Positions 1 through 8,282 of a DNA stretch of 21,589 nucleotides are shown piece by piece (positions within the stretch are counted from its first letter, which is position 1; every line of letters begins with the position of its first letter). The stretch lies in assembly GCA_021158055.1 (NCBI GenBank), contig JAGGVJ010000044.1, positions 1 through 21,589 of the forward strand, given 5' to 3'. Position numbers and translations under genes: made by a program. Origin of the DNA: Candidatus Iainarchaeum sp. (GTDB lineage: Archaea; Iainarchaeota; Iainarchaeia; JAGGVJ01). The notes under the pieces are model-generated. The model was given only the letters and a program-made list of their open reading frames with translations, had not been told where the DNA came from and did not search any database.

Positions 1-99
1 CAGCGATACTTTTTAGTATGCCTTTTTAATTACTTTATTTGTGTTTTACTGTGCAGATTCAGTGGATTTTTTGATTGAAAGGGGAAAAATGCAATTAAG

Positions 100-3000
100 G
101 TGTTGTTTTTGAATGCGTTAACTAAATCATTTGTTTTTTTAACTGTTGTTCTTTTTTTGTCCCCTGTTTTTTCAGCGGGAACCTGGTGGGATTCAAACTG
201 GGAATACAGGAAAGCAATTACAGTTACTGATTCTTCCGGTTCTGAGTTGACTGATTTTCAGGTTGCAGTTGAGTTTGATTCTGCTTCTTTGATTTCAGCC
301 GGCAGTATGAACAGTGATTGCAGTGATTTGAGGTTTGCTGACGAGATGGGTTTGAGCCAGTTGAGCTATTGGATTGAGTCTGGGTGCAATACTGTAAGTA
401 CAAAGGTTTGGGTCAAGGTGCCAAATATTCCTGCAAACGGTTCAACTGAGATCCATATGTATTACGGCAATCCTTCTGCTGTTTCTGAAAGCCGTGGAAA
501 TGATGTTTTTGAGTTTTTTGATGATTTTAATGATGATGTAATTGATGTTTCAAAGTGGCAAAATACAACTGGTTTTTCTGAGTCAGGAGGGTATCTGAAC
601 GGCGGAAATACATCTTACAGAATACTTAGTTTGAATTCTTTTACAGGCAACTATGTCTTGGAAACAAAACACTTAACCACGACAGATGCCACCAATGGTT
701 ATCAGGCAGGGGGTTGGTATGCGTCGTCTTCGAACGGCTACAATGTTTTGCTTCATGCAACAAGCAGGTGGTATACGCGAAATGATGGTGATTGGCATGG
801 GATGGGGTCGTTTTCCTACCTGGATTCCTGGGTAAAAATCAAAACTGTTGCGGCCGGTTCTAATTCCAAGGCAGGTTTGTATAGATTGTCTGACGGGGCG
901 GAGTCAACAGAAGCGATTGACGACAACAGCGGTTTGGATTTAGAGTATGTCGGGCTAGGTAAAAGAAATGATAATAGCTTTACAGGTCAGGGTTATTCAG
1001 CTAAATGGGACTGGATTTTTGTAAGAAAATATTCTTCATCGGACCCCACATCGACGTTGGGTGCGCAGGAGCAAAGCGACAACCCAAGAGTAACAGGCAT
1101 TTCATTTAACCCTGTTTCATCTGAACCGGGGCAGACTGTGGCTGTAACAGCAACGGCTACTGACCCGCAAGGAATTGAAACAATCGGCACTTACACTTTC
1201 ACAGTCAAGCGACCGGATTCAAGCGTATTTGCAGGGCCTGTTACTCAGGCCGGTAACCAGTACTCTTTTACGCCAGATGAAATAGGTTACTGGTCGGTTG
1301 AAGTGACGGCAGCTGACATTGAAGGCAACAAAAGTTATTATCTTTCCCGAAAACTGCTTGTAAATGTTTGGTGGAACTCAAACTGGAAGTACAGGAAACA
1401 AATTGATGTCACTGAAAAGACAGGGTTTGACCTTGCAAACTTTCAGGTTGCAATAGATGCGCAAAACCTTATTTACAATAACGCGGGAATTGTCGGAAGC
1501 TGGCATTTTTCAGAAGGAAAAGGAATAAGGGCAAGTGATTCATCGAAAGAGGGCAACAGGGGAAAAATTGTCGGCGCAATCTGGACGACTGGAAAAGCAA
1601 ACGGAGGGCTTCAGTTCAGCGGCAGTGAAAGCAGTTATGTTGAAGTTGAAAACGATTCAAGTTTGACTCCGGCAAGCGAGTTCAGTGTTGAAGCGTGGGT
1701 TGAGGCAACGGACCTTGGCACCCCTCAGGAAACCGATCCTAAATCGTGTCTTGAGATACTTAGGAAAGGTGACTCTGCAGGAGACGGCGTTTATGCCGTT
1801 GACCCTGACGGGGTTGGGGGAAACCCTTCTTTTCAGGTTTATTGCGATATGACTACTGACGGCGGGGGCTGGACAGTGGTCGGGCATTACAGGCACCCTG
1901 CGTATGAAAATGCTCCTGCAGACCACGACAACAGGGATTATGCTTATTTCATGAAGGCGAGGTCAGATAATTATTTCGGAAAAGAGGATTATCTGGCAGA
2001 CCCGAACTCAGTCGGCCCGTGGACTGACTGGAGAGTTTTACAGGGCTTTGAATGGCCGGTTGAATTTGCAGTTGTTTTGGATAAAGGCGACAGTTACGCT
2101 TCAGGCTGGGAAACATACACCAAAAAAGCGGTTTACCTTGTAAAAAACAGGAACACCATGCCTAATTATGGGACCACGCAAGACCTTACAAGTTCAGACA
2201 ATGTATTATACAAACTCAACACAGCAGACAACTGGACAGACGTCGGAAGCAGTTCGGCTTCAGGAATATACTACTGGTATCCGAGAAATTCGGGAAATTC
2301 TTACCTCACGCTGTTTCATGTAAGCAATTATTATTACATTGACGGAAGAGCCGCAACCAATTACCACTACAACAACTACTACGGTTCAGGAATGCCCGGG
2401 GGAAACAATTCATGGCACCACGGTTCACACCTGCTTGTCAGGGAATCCGATTTGACTCCGGCAATCATCAAGAAAAGCGGTTCCTTTGAGTTGTCTGTTG
2501 AAAACGGTGAGTTTGTGGGGCGGATAAACAACAGGCCTGTTAGAACTCCTGCTTTGACGGGGTGGAACCACATAGTTATGACCTACAACAAAAACGCACC
2601 TTCAAACCAGCAAAAAATTTATGTAAACGGGGAGCTTAAAGCTCAATCGAGTTTGACTGAAGGCATAAATTCAAATACGAGCAAGGTTTTTATCGGCAGG
2701 TATCTCAACGGAAAAGTTGACGAAGTGCGTGTTTATGATAGGGAAATGTCCCAGGCAGAAGTTGCTGAAAGGTTCAGTTTGAGCAAGGCGAAATCGGACT
2801 ACAGCGACGTGAAATTTGTGTGGTTTGACCCGGTTTCAAACACCGACAAGGAACTGTTTCACTGGTTTGAAAACGATGAAAAAGTTTGGGTAAATGTTCC
2901 TGAACTCAAGGCCAATTCCACTGAAACCCTTTACATGTACTACGGCAACAGTGCTGCTTCAAGCCAGCCGAGAGTGGTTTACGAGTCATATGATGCAAAC

Positions 3001-6000
3001 GAGTTTTACACTGACGGAACTGCTGGAAGCGGTTCCTGTTCAACTTCAACAAATGCCCAGGGGTGGGAATGTGATTACTGTTCCTGCAGCAGTAACAAGT
3101 GGAACGGGATGTATATGATGCGCGCGACAAACCCTGACAGCGCGACCCTCAATTTCAACACGCCGTACCCTGAAGAAGACCACCTGCTCTGCCTGAAGAT
3201 GATTGACGGTGACAGGTGGCAGGGGTACAGGATAACCACTGAAGACGGGTATTCAACAGAATACAGGTACAACCCCGGGCATTACTGGGGCGGAGACGGG
3301 GGAACAGGCGGTCAATATGAATGGGATTCGTTTGACAATGACGTTGACATTTCATCTTATTTCAGCGATGTTTGCGTTGTGATTCCCGCTGAACACATTG
3401 ATTCCAACCAGTTTGCAATCACTTTTGATGACGGGGTCAAAGGAAGCATCCCTTCGTGGATTTCAGGGATAAAGCTTGTTGCCGGCGGTGTTTACAAAAT
3501 GGCGACGTATGAAGCGGAAAGAATACAGGACCACGAATATGCAGTCACCTATTATTGGGAGAGCACTGACTGGGGCTGGTATGGGGGTTGGAACAGCAGG
3601 GGAATGACCAATGCGACCGGAACGCATAACCTTACTGCTCACACGCAATATCCCGGCGAGCCCCACAAATTTGTCATTGATTCACTTGACGACAGGAACT
3701 CCTGTTATTACATTTCAGTCAACGGGTGGACTTCGCAGACCAACTGCACGCCCCAAAACGGCGGATATCATGACCAAGTTTCTCCGTTTTTCATTCCCGG
3801 CGGAGTGATTCCGACAAAAGATTTCACAATCAGCGTCACCACTCAAAGCAGTGGACGTTACACTACCCAATGGATGCTTTCAAGGGGAATGGAAAATGAA
3901 CCTGCTGCATCAATCGGATTTGAGGAGAGAAGCAATACGCCGTATGTTACGGGTGTTGTTGTCAGTCCGGGTTCGCCTGAACAGGGAAAAGAAGTCACCG
4001 TCACAGTCAATGCAGCTGATAGGCAGGGCATTGAAACGATTTCAAGCTATGAGTTCACAATCAAAAAAGCTGACGGCAGTGTTTTTGCAGGCCCTGTAAC
4101 CCAGTCAGGCAATGAATACTTGTTTACTCCTGATGCCGCGGGTTACTGGTCGGTTGAGGTGAGTGTGACTGACTCAGACGATCATAAAAGTGATGTGCAT
4201 TCAACGCAAGTGGTTGTCAGTGGTTGGTGGAACAGTAATTGGAGTTATAGGATTCCAGTAACTCTTACAGATACTTCGGGTTCAAATCTTATTGATTATC
4301 AGGTTGCAATTGAGTTTGATTCCGCTTCTTTGGTTTCTTCGGGATTAATGAATGCTGACTGCAGTGATTTGCGGTTTGCTGATGTTTATGGAATACATGA
4401 GTTGAGCTACTGGGTTGAGTCCGGGTGCAACACGTCCAGTACTAAGGTGGGGGTAAAGGTTCCAAGTATCCCCGCGAGTGACTCGGAAACAATTTACATG
4501 TACTACGGCAACCCAGATGCTTTAAGTGCAAGTGATAAGTTGGGGATTTTCACGGTTTTTAATGATTTTGAAGACAGTTTTTCAACCGGTTTTGGGGCCT
4601 GGCAAGTGGTTGAGAGTCATGATTTCACTGCTTTTGTGACGGATTATTACCAGTTGGGGTCTGGTTCGCTTTTGCAGTATCAGGATGACACTTCTCATAA
4701 TGCGTATAAGAAGGAGAGGTTAAGTGTTGATTTGAGCGGAAAGCTGATTGGAAAATTAAGAATTTACAATATATCTAGCTGGAGCACCACTAATTCAGGT
4801 AGCTGGTGGTCTTGGGCTTACACGCAGTTTTGCGTTAGGGACGGGACCAATAGCTATTGCAAATCAACAATGTATCACAAGCCCAATGCAGAGACAAAAG
4901 TTCACTATGACAATGTTGATACTGCTGACGGGTCTGAAGCGGGTTCTGATGGCAGGACATGGTATTATTATGATTATGTGATTCCTGATACCTGGAACAA
5001 GGAGTCAGTAACAATTGAGTTAATAACTGATGCTGACGGCGGTGATCAAGGAGCATTGGTGAAGTCCTGGGGCAGATGGGACGTGATGTACGCTCAGGGA
5101 GCAGTTTCTTCTGAGCCCACAGTTATTTTTGGTGTGCAGGAACAGTTTGACGCTCCAATAGTTACAGGAATCTCGCTTAATTTTTCTCTGTTTGAGGTAG
5201 GAGACACCATTGAGGCGACTGCTACTGCGACTGACCCGAATGACGACCCAATCATCCAGTATGATTTCCGTGTTTTGAATGGTTTGGGTAATGGGGTTTT
5301 GAATCCCTCTGTTCAGGGTTCAAATGTTTATTCTTTTACTGCTGTTGGCGAGCTTGGTTTGTGGCAGGTGAAAGCAAAGGCGTTTGACGGGGAGTACTGG
5401 GGTCCTGAATTCACCAAGGAAGTGTTTGTGAATGATTCAAGCCTTGCAACTGCGGGTTTGAGTTTTGATAATGGGGTATTTTCAAACACTGAAGTGTCAG
5501 CCGGAAGCGTGGTTCTTTTGGATGGACAAACAAATGGGGCTTTCACCACTAATGCAATTGACCCAGTGAATTTCAGCAAGTGGGGTGTCGTGACTTTCTC
5601 AAAAACCACGCCCGGGAGTTCAACGCTGACTGTTGATGTTTTGAAAGCATCTGATGATTCAGTTTTAATCGCAGACGTGAAGAACGGACAAAACATTTCA
5701 GGTCTTGGAGCCACTGCCATAAAACTGAGGGCAAATTTCACTTCCGGGAGCACTCCGTTTTTGGATTCATGGGACGTGAGTTATTATTCTCAATTTAAGA
5801 TAACTGTAACCAATTGCTCGGCTCCTTACTCAGGCGAAGTCACTGCAGAGGCGGTGAGGGTAAGTGATTCTGAAGAGTTTGGCCCGTTCACAGGAACCAA
5901 CGGGCAAGTGTTTGTTGAAGTCCCGCCGGGAATTTACAACATTCAGGCGTGCATTCCTGAAAACGAAAAGTGCAGCTGGAAGTACAACGTGGAACTCGCA

Positions 6001-6003
6001 TGA
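100..6003 (+). CDS. Giant secreted multidomain surface protein (paralog A): signal peptide, 3 DUF2341-like units, Ig/PKD-like spacers, LamG (concanavalin A-like) and fibrinogen-related domains
   Basis: 1967-aa ORF with a hydrophobic N-terminus ending VFSA. WW(D/N)SNW-Y-R...SD(L/V)(R/K)F...V(W)V(K/N)VP...MYYGN units start at 184, 1369 and 4225. LamG motifs GSWHFSEG, FSVEAWV, WNHIVMTY and GKVDEVRVYDR. Fibrinogen-like PKSCLEI...VYCDMTTDGGGWT. The true start may be TTG at 109, since GGTG at 99-102 looks like the RBS. Confidence 0.88.
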   Translation: MLFLNALTKSFVFLTVVLFLSPVFSAGTWWDSNWEYRKAITVTDSSGSELTDFQVAVEFDSASLISAGSMNSDCSDLRFADEMGLSQLSYWIESGCNTVSTKVWVKVPNIPANGSTEIHMYYGNPSAVSESRGNDVFEFFDDFNDDVIDVSKWQNTTGFSESGGYLNGGNTSYRILSLNSFTGNYVLETKHLTTTDATNGYQAGGWYASSSNGYNVLLHATSRWYTRNDGDWHGMGSFSYLDSWVKIKTVAAGSNSKAGLYRLSDGAESTEAIDDNSGLDLEYVGLGKRNDNSFTGQGYSAKWDWIFVRKYSSSDPTSTLGAQEQSDNPRVTGISFNPVSSEPGQTVAVTATATDPQGIETIGTYTFTVKRPDSSVFAGPVTQAGNQYSFTPDEIGYWSVEVTAADIEGNKSYYLSRKLLVNVWWNSNWKYRKQIDVTEKTGFDLANFQVAIDAQNLIYNNAGIVGSWHFSEGKGIRASDSSKEGNRGKIVGAIWTTGKANGGLQFSGSESSYVEVENDSSLTPASEFSVEAWVEATDLGTPQETDPKSCLEILRKGDSAGDGVYAVDPDGVGGNPSFQVYCDMTTDGGGWTVVGHYRHPAYENAPADHDNRDYAYFMKARSDNYFGKEDYLADPNSVGPWTDWRVLQGFEWPVEFAVVLDKGDSYASGWETYTKKAVYLVKNRNTMPNYGTTQDLTSSDNVLYKLNTADNWTDVGSSSASGIYYWYPRNSGNSYLTLFHVSNYYYIDGRAATNYHYNNYYGSGMPGGNNSWHHGSHLLVRESDLTPAIIKKSGSFELSVENGEFVGRINNRPVRTPALTGWNHIVMTYNKNAPSNQQKIYVNGELKAQSSLTEGINSNTSKVFIGRYLNGKVDEVRVYDREMSQAEVAERFSLSKAKSDYSDVKFVWFDPVSNTDKELFHWFENDEKVWVNVPELKANSTETLYMYYGNSAASSQPRVVYESYDANEFYTDGTAGSGSCSTSTNAQGWECDYCSCSSNKWNGMYMMRATNPDSATLNFNTPYPEEDHLLCLKMIDGDRWQGYRITTEDGYSTEYRYNPGHYWGGDGGTGGQYEWDSFDNDVDISSYFSDVCVVIPAEHIDSNQFAITFDDGVKGSIPSWISGIKLVAGGVYKMATYEAERIQDHEYAVTYYWESTDWGWYGGWNSRGMTNATGTHNLTAHTQYPGEPHKFVIDSLDDRNSCYYISVNGWTSQTNCTPQNGGYHDQVSPFFIPGGVIPTKDFTISVTTQSSGRYTTQWMLSRGMENEPAASIGFEERSNTPYVTGVVVSPGSPEQGKEVTVTVNAADRQGIETISSYEFTIKKADGSVFAGPVTQSGNEYLFTPDAAGYWSVEVSVTDSDDHKSDVHSTQVVVSGWWNSNWSYRIPVTLTDTSGSNLIDYQVAIEFDSASLVSSGLMNADCSDLRFADVYGIHELSYWVESGCNTSSTKVGVKVPSIPASDSETIYMYYGNPDALSASDKLGIFTVFNDFEDSFSTGFGAWQVVESHDFTAFVTDYYQLGSGSLLQYQDDTSHNAYKKERLSVDLSGKLIGKLRIYNISSWSTTNSGSWWSWAYTQFCVRDGTNSYCKSTMYHKPNAETKVHYDNVDTADGSEAGSDGRTWYYYDYVIPDTWNKESVTIELITDADGGDQGALVKSWGRWDVMYAQGAVSSEPTVIFGVQEQFDAPIVTGISLNFSLFEVGDTIEATATATDPNDDPIIQYDFRVLNGLGNGVLNPSVQGSNVYSFTAVGELGLWQVKAKAFDGEYWGPEFTKEVFVNDSSLATAGLSFDNGVFSNTEVSAGSVVLLDGQTNGAFTTNAIDPVNFSKWGVVTFSKTTPGSSTLTVDVLKASDDSVLIADVKNGQNISGLGATAIKLRANFTSGSTPFLDSWDVSYYSQFKITVTNCSAPYSGEVTAEAVRVSDSEEFGPFTGTNGQVFVEVPPGIYNIQACIPENEKCSWKYNVELA
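5137..5894 (+). repeat. C-terminal module of paralog A, directly repeated at 20832-21589
   Basis: Same offset (15695) at both ends, so no net indel. Shared peptides GEYWGPEFTKEVFVND, PVNFSKWGVVTFSKTTPG, IADVKNGQNISGL, AIKLRANFTSGSTP, EAVRVSDSEEFGPFTG. Confidence 0.93.
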
Positions 6004-6167
6004 TCGGCTAATTCTCTGTGATTGATTTTGAGTTGCGTAGTCAATAAGTGAATTTTAAAAAGAAGTAATGTTATATTTTGTATTATTCAGGCGCAGTTTG
6101 CCTTGTCTTTTTTTAAATGGTTGAATGATTAGTATTTTATTGTTTTTAGGGATGGAGATGGAGTATT

Positions 6168-6839
6168 ATGGTTGAAAAGTTTTTGAAGGACAGCATTATT
6201 AAAATAAAAAAAGTCGGTTTTGAGGGTTCTTTTGGAGTCGGGAAGTCAGCTACGATTCTTGGGGCGATGGGAAAACTCAAGTCAATGCATTTCAACGTGG
6301 AGATGATTCCTGAAGTGATTCGCGAGTGCCCGTTTCCCGCGGACCTGAGCGCCGGTGCAGACACGCAGTACTGGATTTTGAAGACACAGATGCAAAAAGA
6401 AATTGATGTTTCAAAAAATTTCCCTGACTTCATTTTTTGCGACAGGTGCGTTTTAAGCATGGTAGTGTATGGTTCTTTGCTTTTTGAGGAAGGGAAGCTT
6501 TCAGAAAAAGAACTGCGCCTTATCGTCAGGCTTGCGCGGGACTGGATTTCTTCTTATACTTGTTTTGTGCTTGTTGCGCCGATCAAGTCAGAGGAAGTGT
6601 TTGACGACGGGTTCAGGAGAACTGACCGCAAAGCGCAGCTTGCCTTGCACAACCGGTTTGAGGAAACCCTGAAGTTGATGGGGGTCCCGTTTACAGTAGT
6701 TTCAGGCGAGTACGACGAGCGGATAAAGGAAACAGTGTCTTTTTTGAGGGACCTGAAAAGGGACAACACAGAAGAAGAAACACTGAAAAAAGTGTTTGGG
6801 CTTGCAAAAAACAATGCAAACAAGGACAGTGAAAAGTGA
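6168..6839 (+). CDS. P-loop NTPase of the nucleoside/nucleotide kinase fold (AAA_28 / NadR-like or thymidylate-kinase-like)
   Basis: Walker A GSFGVGKS near the N-terminus, conserved E in IPEVIR, CDR motif, lid-like DDGFR. GGAG upstream of the ATG. Confidence 0.7.
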   Translation: MVEKFLKDSIIKIKKVGFEGSFGVGKSATILGAMGKLKSMHFNVEMIPEVIRECPFPADLSAGADTQYWILKTQMQKEIDVSKNFPDFIFCDRCVLSMVVYGSLLFEEGKLSEKELRLIVRLARDWISSYTCFVLVAPIKSEEVFDDGFRRTDRKAQLALHNRFEETLKLMGVPFTVVSGEYDERIKETVSFLRDLKRDNTEEETLKKVFGLAKNNANKDSEK

Positions 6840-6896
6840 TTTTGTGTTTTGATTTGATTTTTTAGAGTTGTTTAATTTTTTCAAAGGAGGGATAAT

Positions 6897-8147
6897 ATGT
6901 CAAAAGTTGCTGATTTGAGCCTTGCAGCGCAGGGAAAACTAAAGATTGAGTGGGCGCAGGCGCACATGCCTGTGATGGCAAAGCTTGTGGAAAAATATTC
7001 CGCGACAAAGCCGCTTGAAGGAATGAGGGTTGCAGGGTGCCTGCATGTTACAAAGGAAACCGCAGTGCTTGTGAAATCTTTGGTTGCCGCGGGTGCGGAG
7101 GTTTCCTGGAGCGGGTGCAATCCCTTGAGCACCCAGGACGACATTGCCGCTGCGCTGGCTGAAGAAGGTGTTGACATTTATGCCTGGAGAGGGCTTTCGA
7201 CCGAAGAGTTTTACTGGTGCATTGAACAGACCCTGAAGTTCAGGCCCACTCTTACCCTTGACGACGGCGCGGATTTGATTGTCCTGATTCACAACAAGCA
7301 CAAGGAACTCCTTGAAGACGTGGTTGGGGGAACGGAAGAAACCACCACGGGAATACACAGGCTTAAGGCCATGGCTGACGCAGGGGATTTGAAGTACCCT
7401 TTGATTGCAGTCAACAACGCCCAGACAAAATGGGATTTTGACAACGTTTACGGAACAGGCCAGAGTTCACTTGACGGCATATTAAGGGCTTCAAACATTC
7501 TTTTGGCAGGAAAAACTTTTGTGGTTGCAGGTTACGGCCATTGCGGAACCGGAATTGCCTTTCGCGCGAGCGGGATGGGCTCAAACGTGGTTGTGACTGA
7601 AATCGATGCAGTCAAGGCGCTTAGGGCAAAAATGGACGGGTTTTCTGTAATGCCCATGGATGAAGCGGCAAAAGTCGGCGATATTTTTATCACTGCAACT
7701 GGGATGAAGGACGTGATTGTCGGGAAGCATTTTGAGTCAATGAAAGACGGTGCGATTGTCTGCAACACAGGCCATTACGACGTTGAACTGAATTTGCCTG
7801 AACTCAAGAGCCTTTCAGTTGAACGCAGGGAAGTGCGCCCGAACAATGCCGAGTATGTTTTTGAAAACGGAAAAAAGATTTTTGTGCTTGCGGAAGGCCG
7901 TCTTGTAAACCTTTCTGCTGCCGAGGGGCACCCGAGCGAGGTCATGGACATGTCTTTTGCAAACCAGTTTTTGTCATTGATCCGCCTGGCGCGAGAGGGA
8001 AAAAACCTTGAGAACAAAGTTTATGATGTTTCTCTTGAGCAGGACGCCCTTGTTGCTGAAACAAAGCTTGAGGCCATGGGTGTAAAAATAGATAAACTAT
8101 CGCCTGAACAGGTAACTTATCTCACAGACTACAACGCAGGAACATGA
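6897..8147 (+). CDS. ahcY: Adenosylhomocysteinase (SAH hydrolase)
   Basis: Motifs GCLHVTKET, CNPLSTQD, DDGAD, EETTTG, FDNVYGTGQS, NAD-binding VAGYGHCG, GRLVNL, EGHPSEVMDMSF. RBS AAGGAGG upstream. Confidence 0.98.
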   Translation: MSKVADLSLAAQGKLKIEWAQAHMPVMAKLVEKYSATKPLEGMRVAGCLHVTKETAVLVKSLVAAGAEVSWSGCNPLSTQDDIAAALAEEGVDIYAWRGLSTEEFYWCIEQTLKFRPTLTLDDGADLIVLIHNKHKELLEDVVGGTEETTTGIHRLKAMADAGDLKYPLIAVNNAQTKWDFDNVYGTGQSSLDGILRASNILLAGKTFVVAGYGHCGTGIAFRASGMGSNVVVTEIDAVKALRAKMDGFSVMPMDEAAKVGDIFITATGMKDVIVGKHFESMKDGAIVCNTGHYDVELNLPELKSLSVERREVRPNNAEYVFENGKKIFVLAEGRLVNLSAAEGHPSEVMDMSFANQFLSLIRLAREGKNLENKVYDVSLEQDALVAETKLEAMGVKIDKLSPEQVTYLTDYNAGT

Positions 8148-8282
8148 GTGATGCACGCGGGAATGAGGGTAAGTATGCTTTGCTGCAAACGATTTGTGTT
8201 AATTGATTGATGCCTGATTTTTTGAAGTGATTGGGAGCATTATTTATTCTATTTAATCCATATTGTTTTCGGTGAGAAGTGC

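Noticed and set aside
4450-4452. Trp-to-Gly change (KVGVKVP versus VWVKVP) in unit A3
   Set aside because: A single base in a G run; a point mutation cannot be told from a sequencing error, and the frame is intact.
5328-5753. Minus-strand 141-aa ORF with a similar partner at 21023-21448
   Set aside because: Both are antisense shadows of the duplicated C-terminal module; their similarity is explained by the + strand paralogy.
8148-8282. Possible C/D-box sRNA (GTGATG...CTGA) between ahcY and priL
   Set aside because: Box C is imperfect, there is no clear D'/C' pair or terminal stem, and such motifs are common in these TG-rich spacers.
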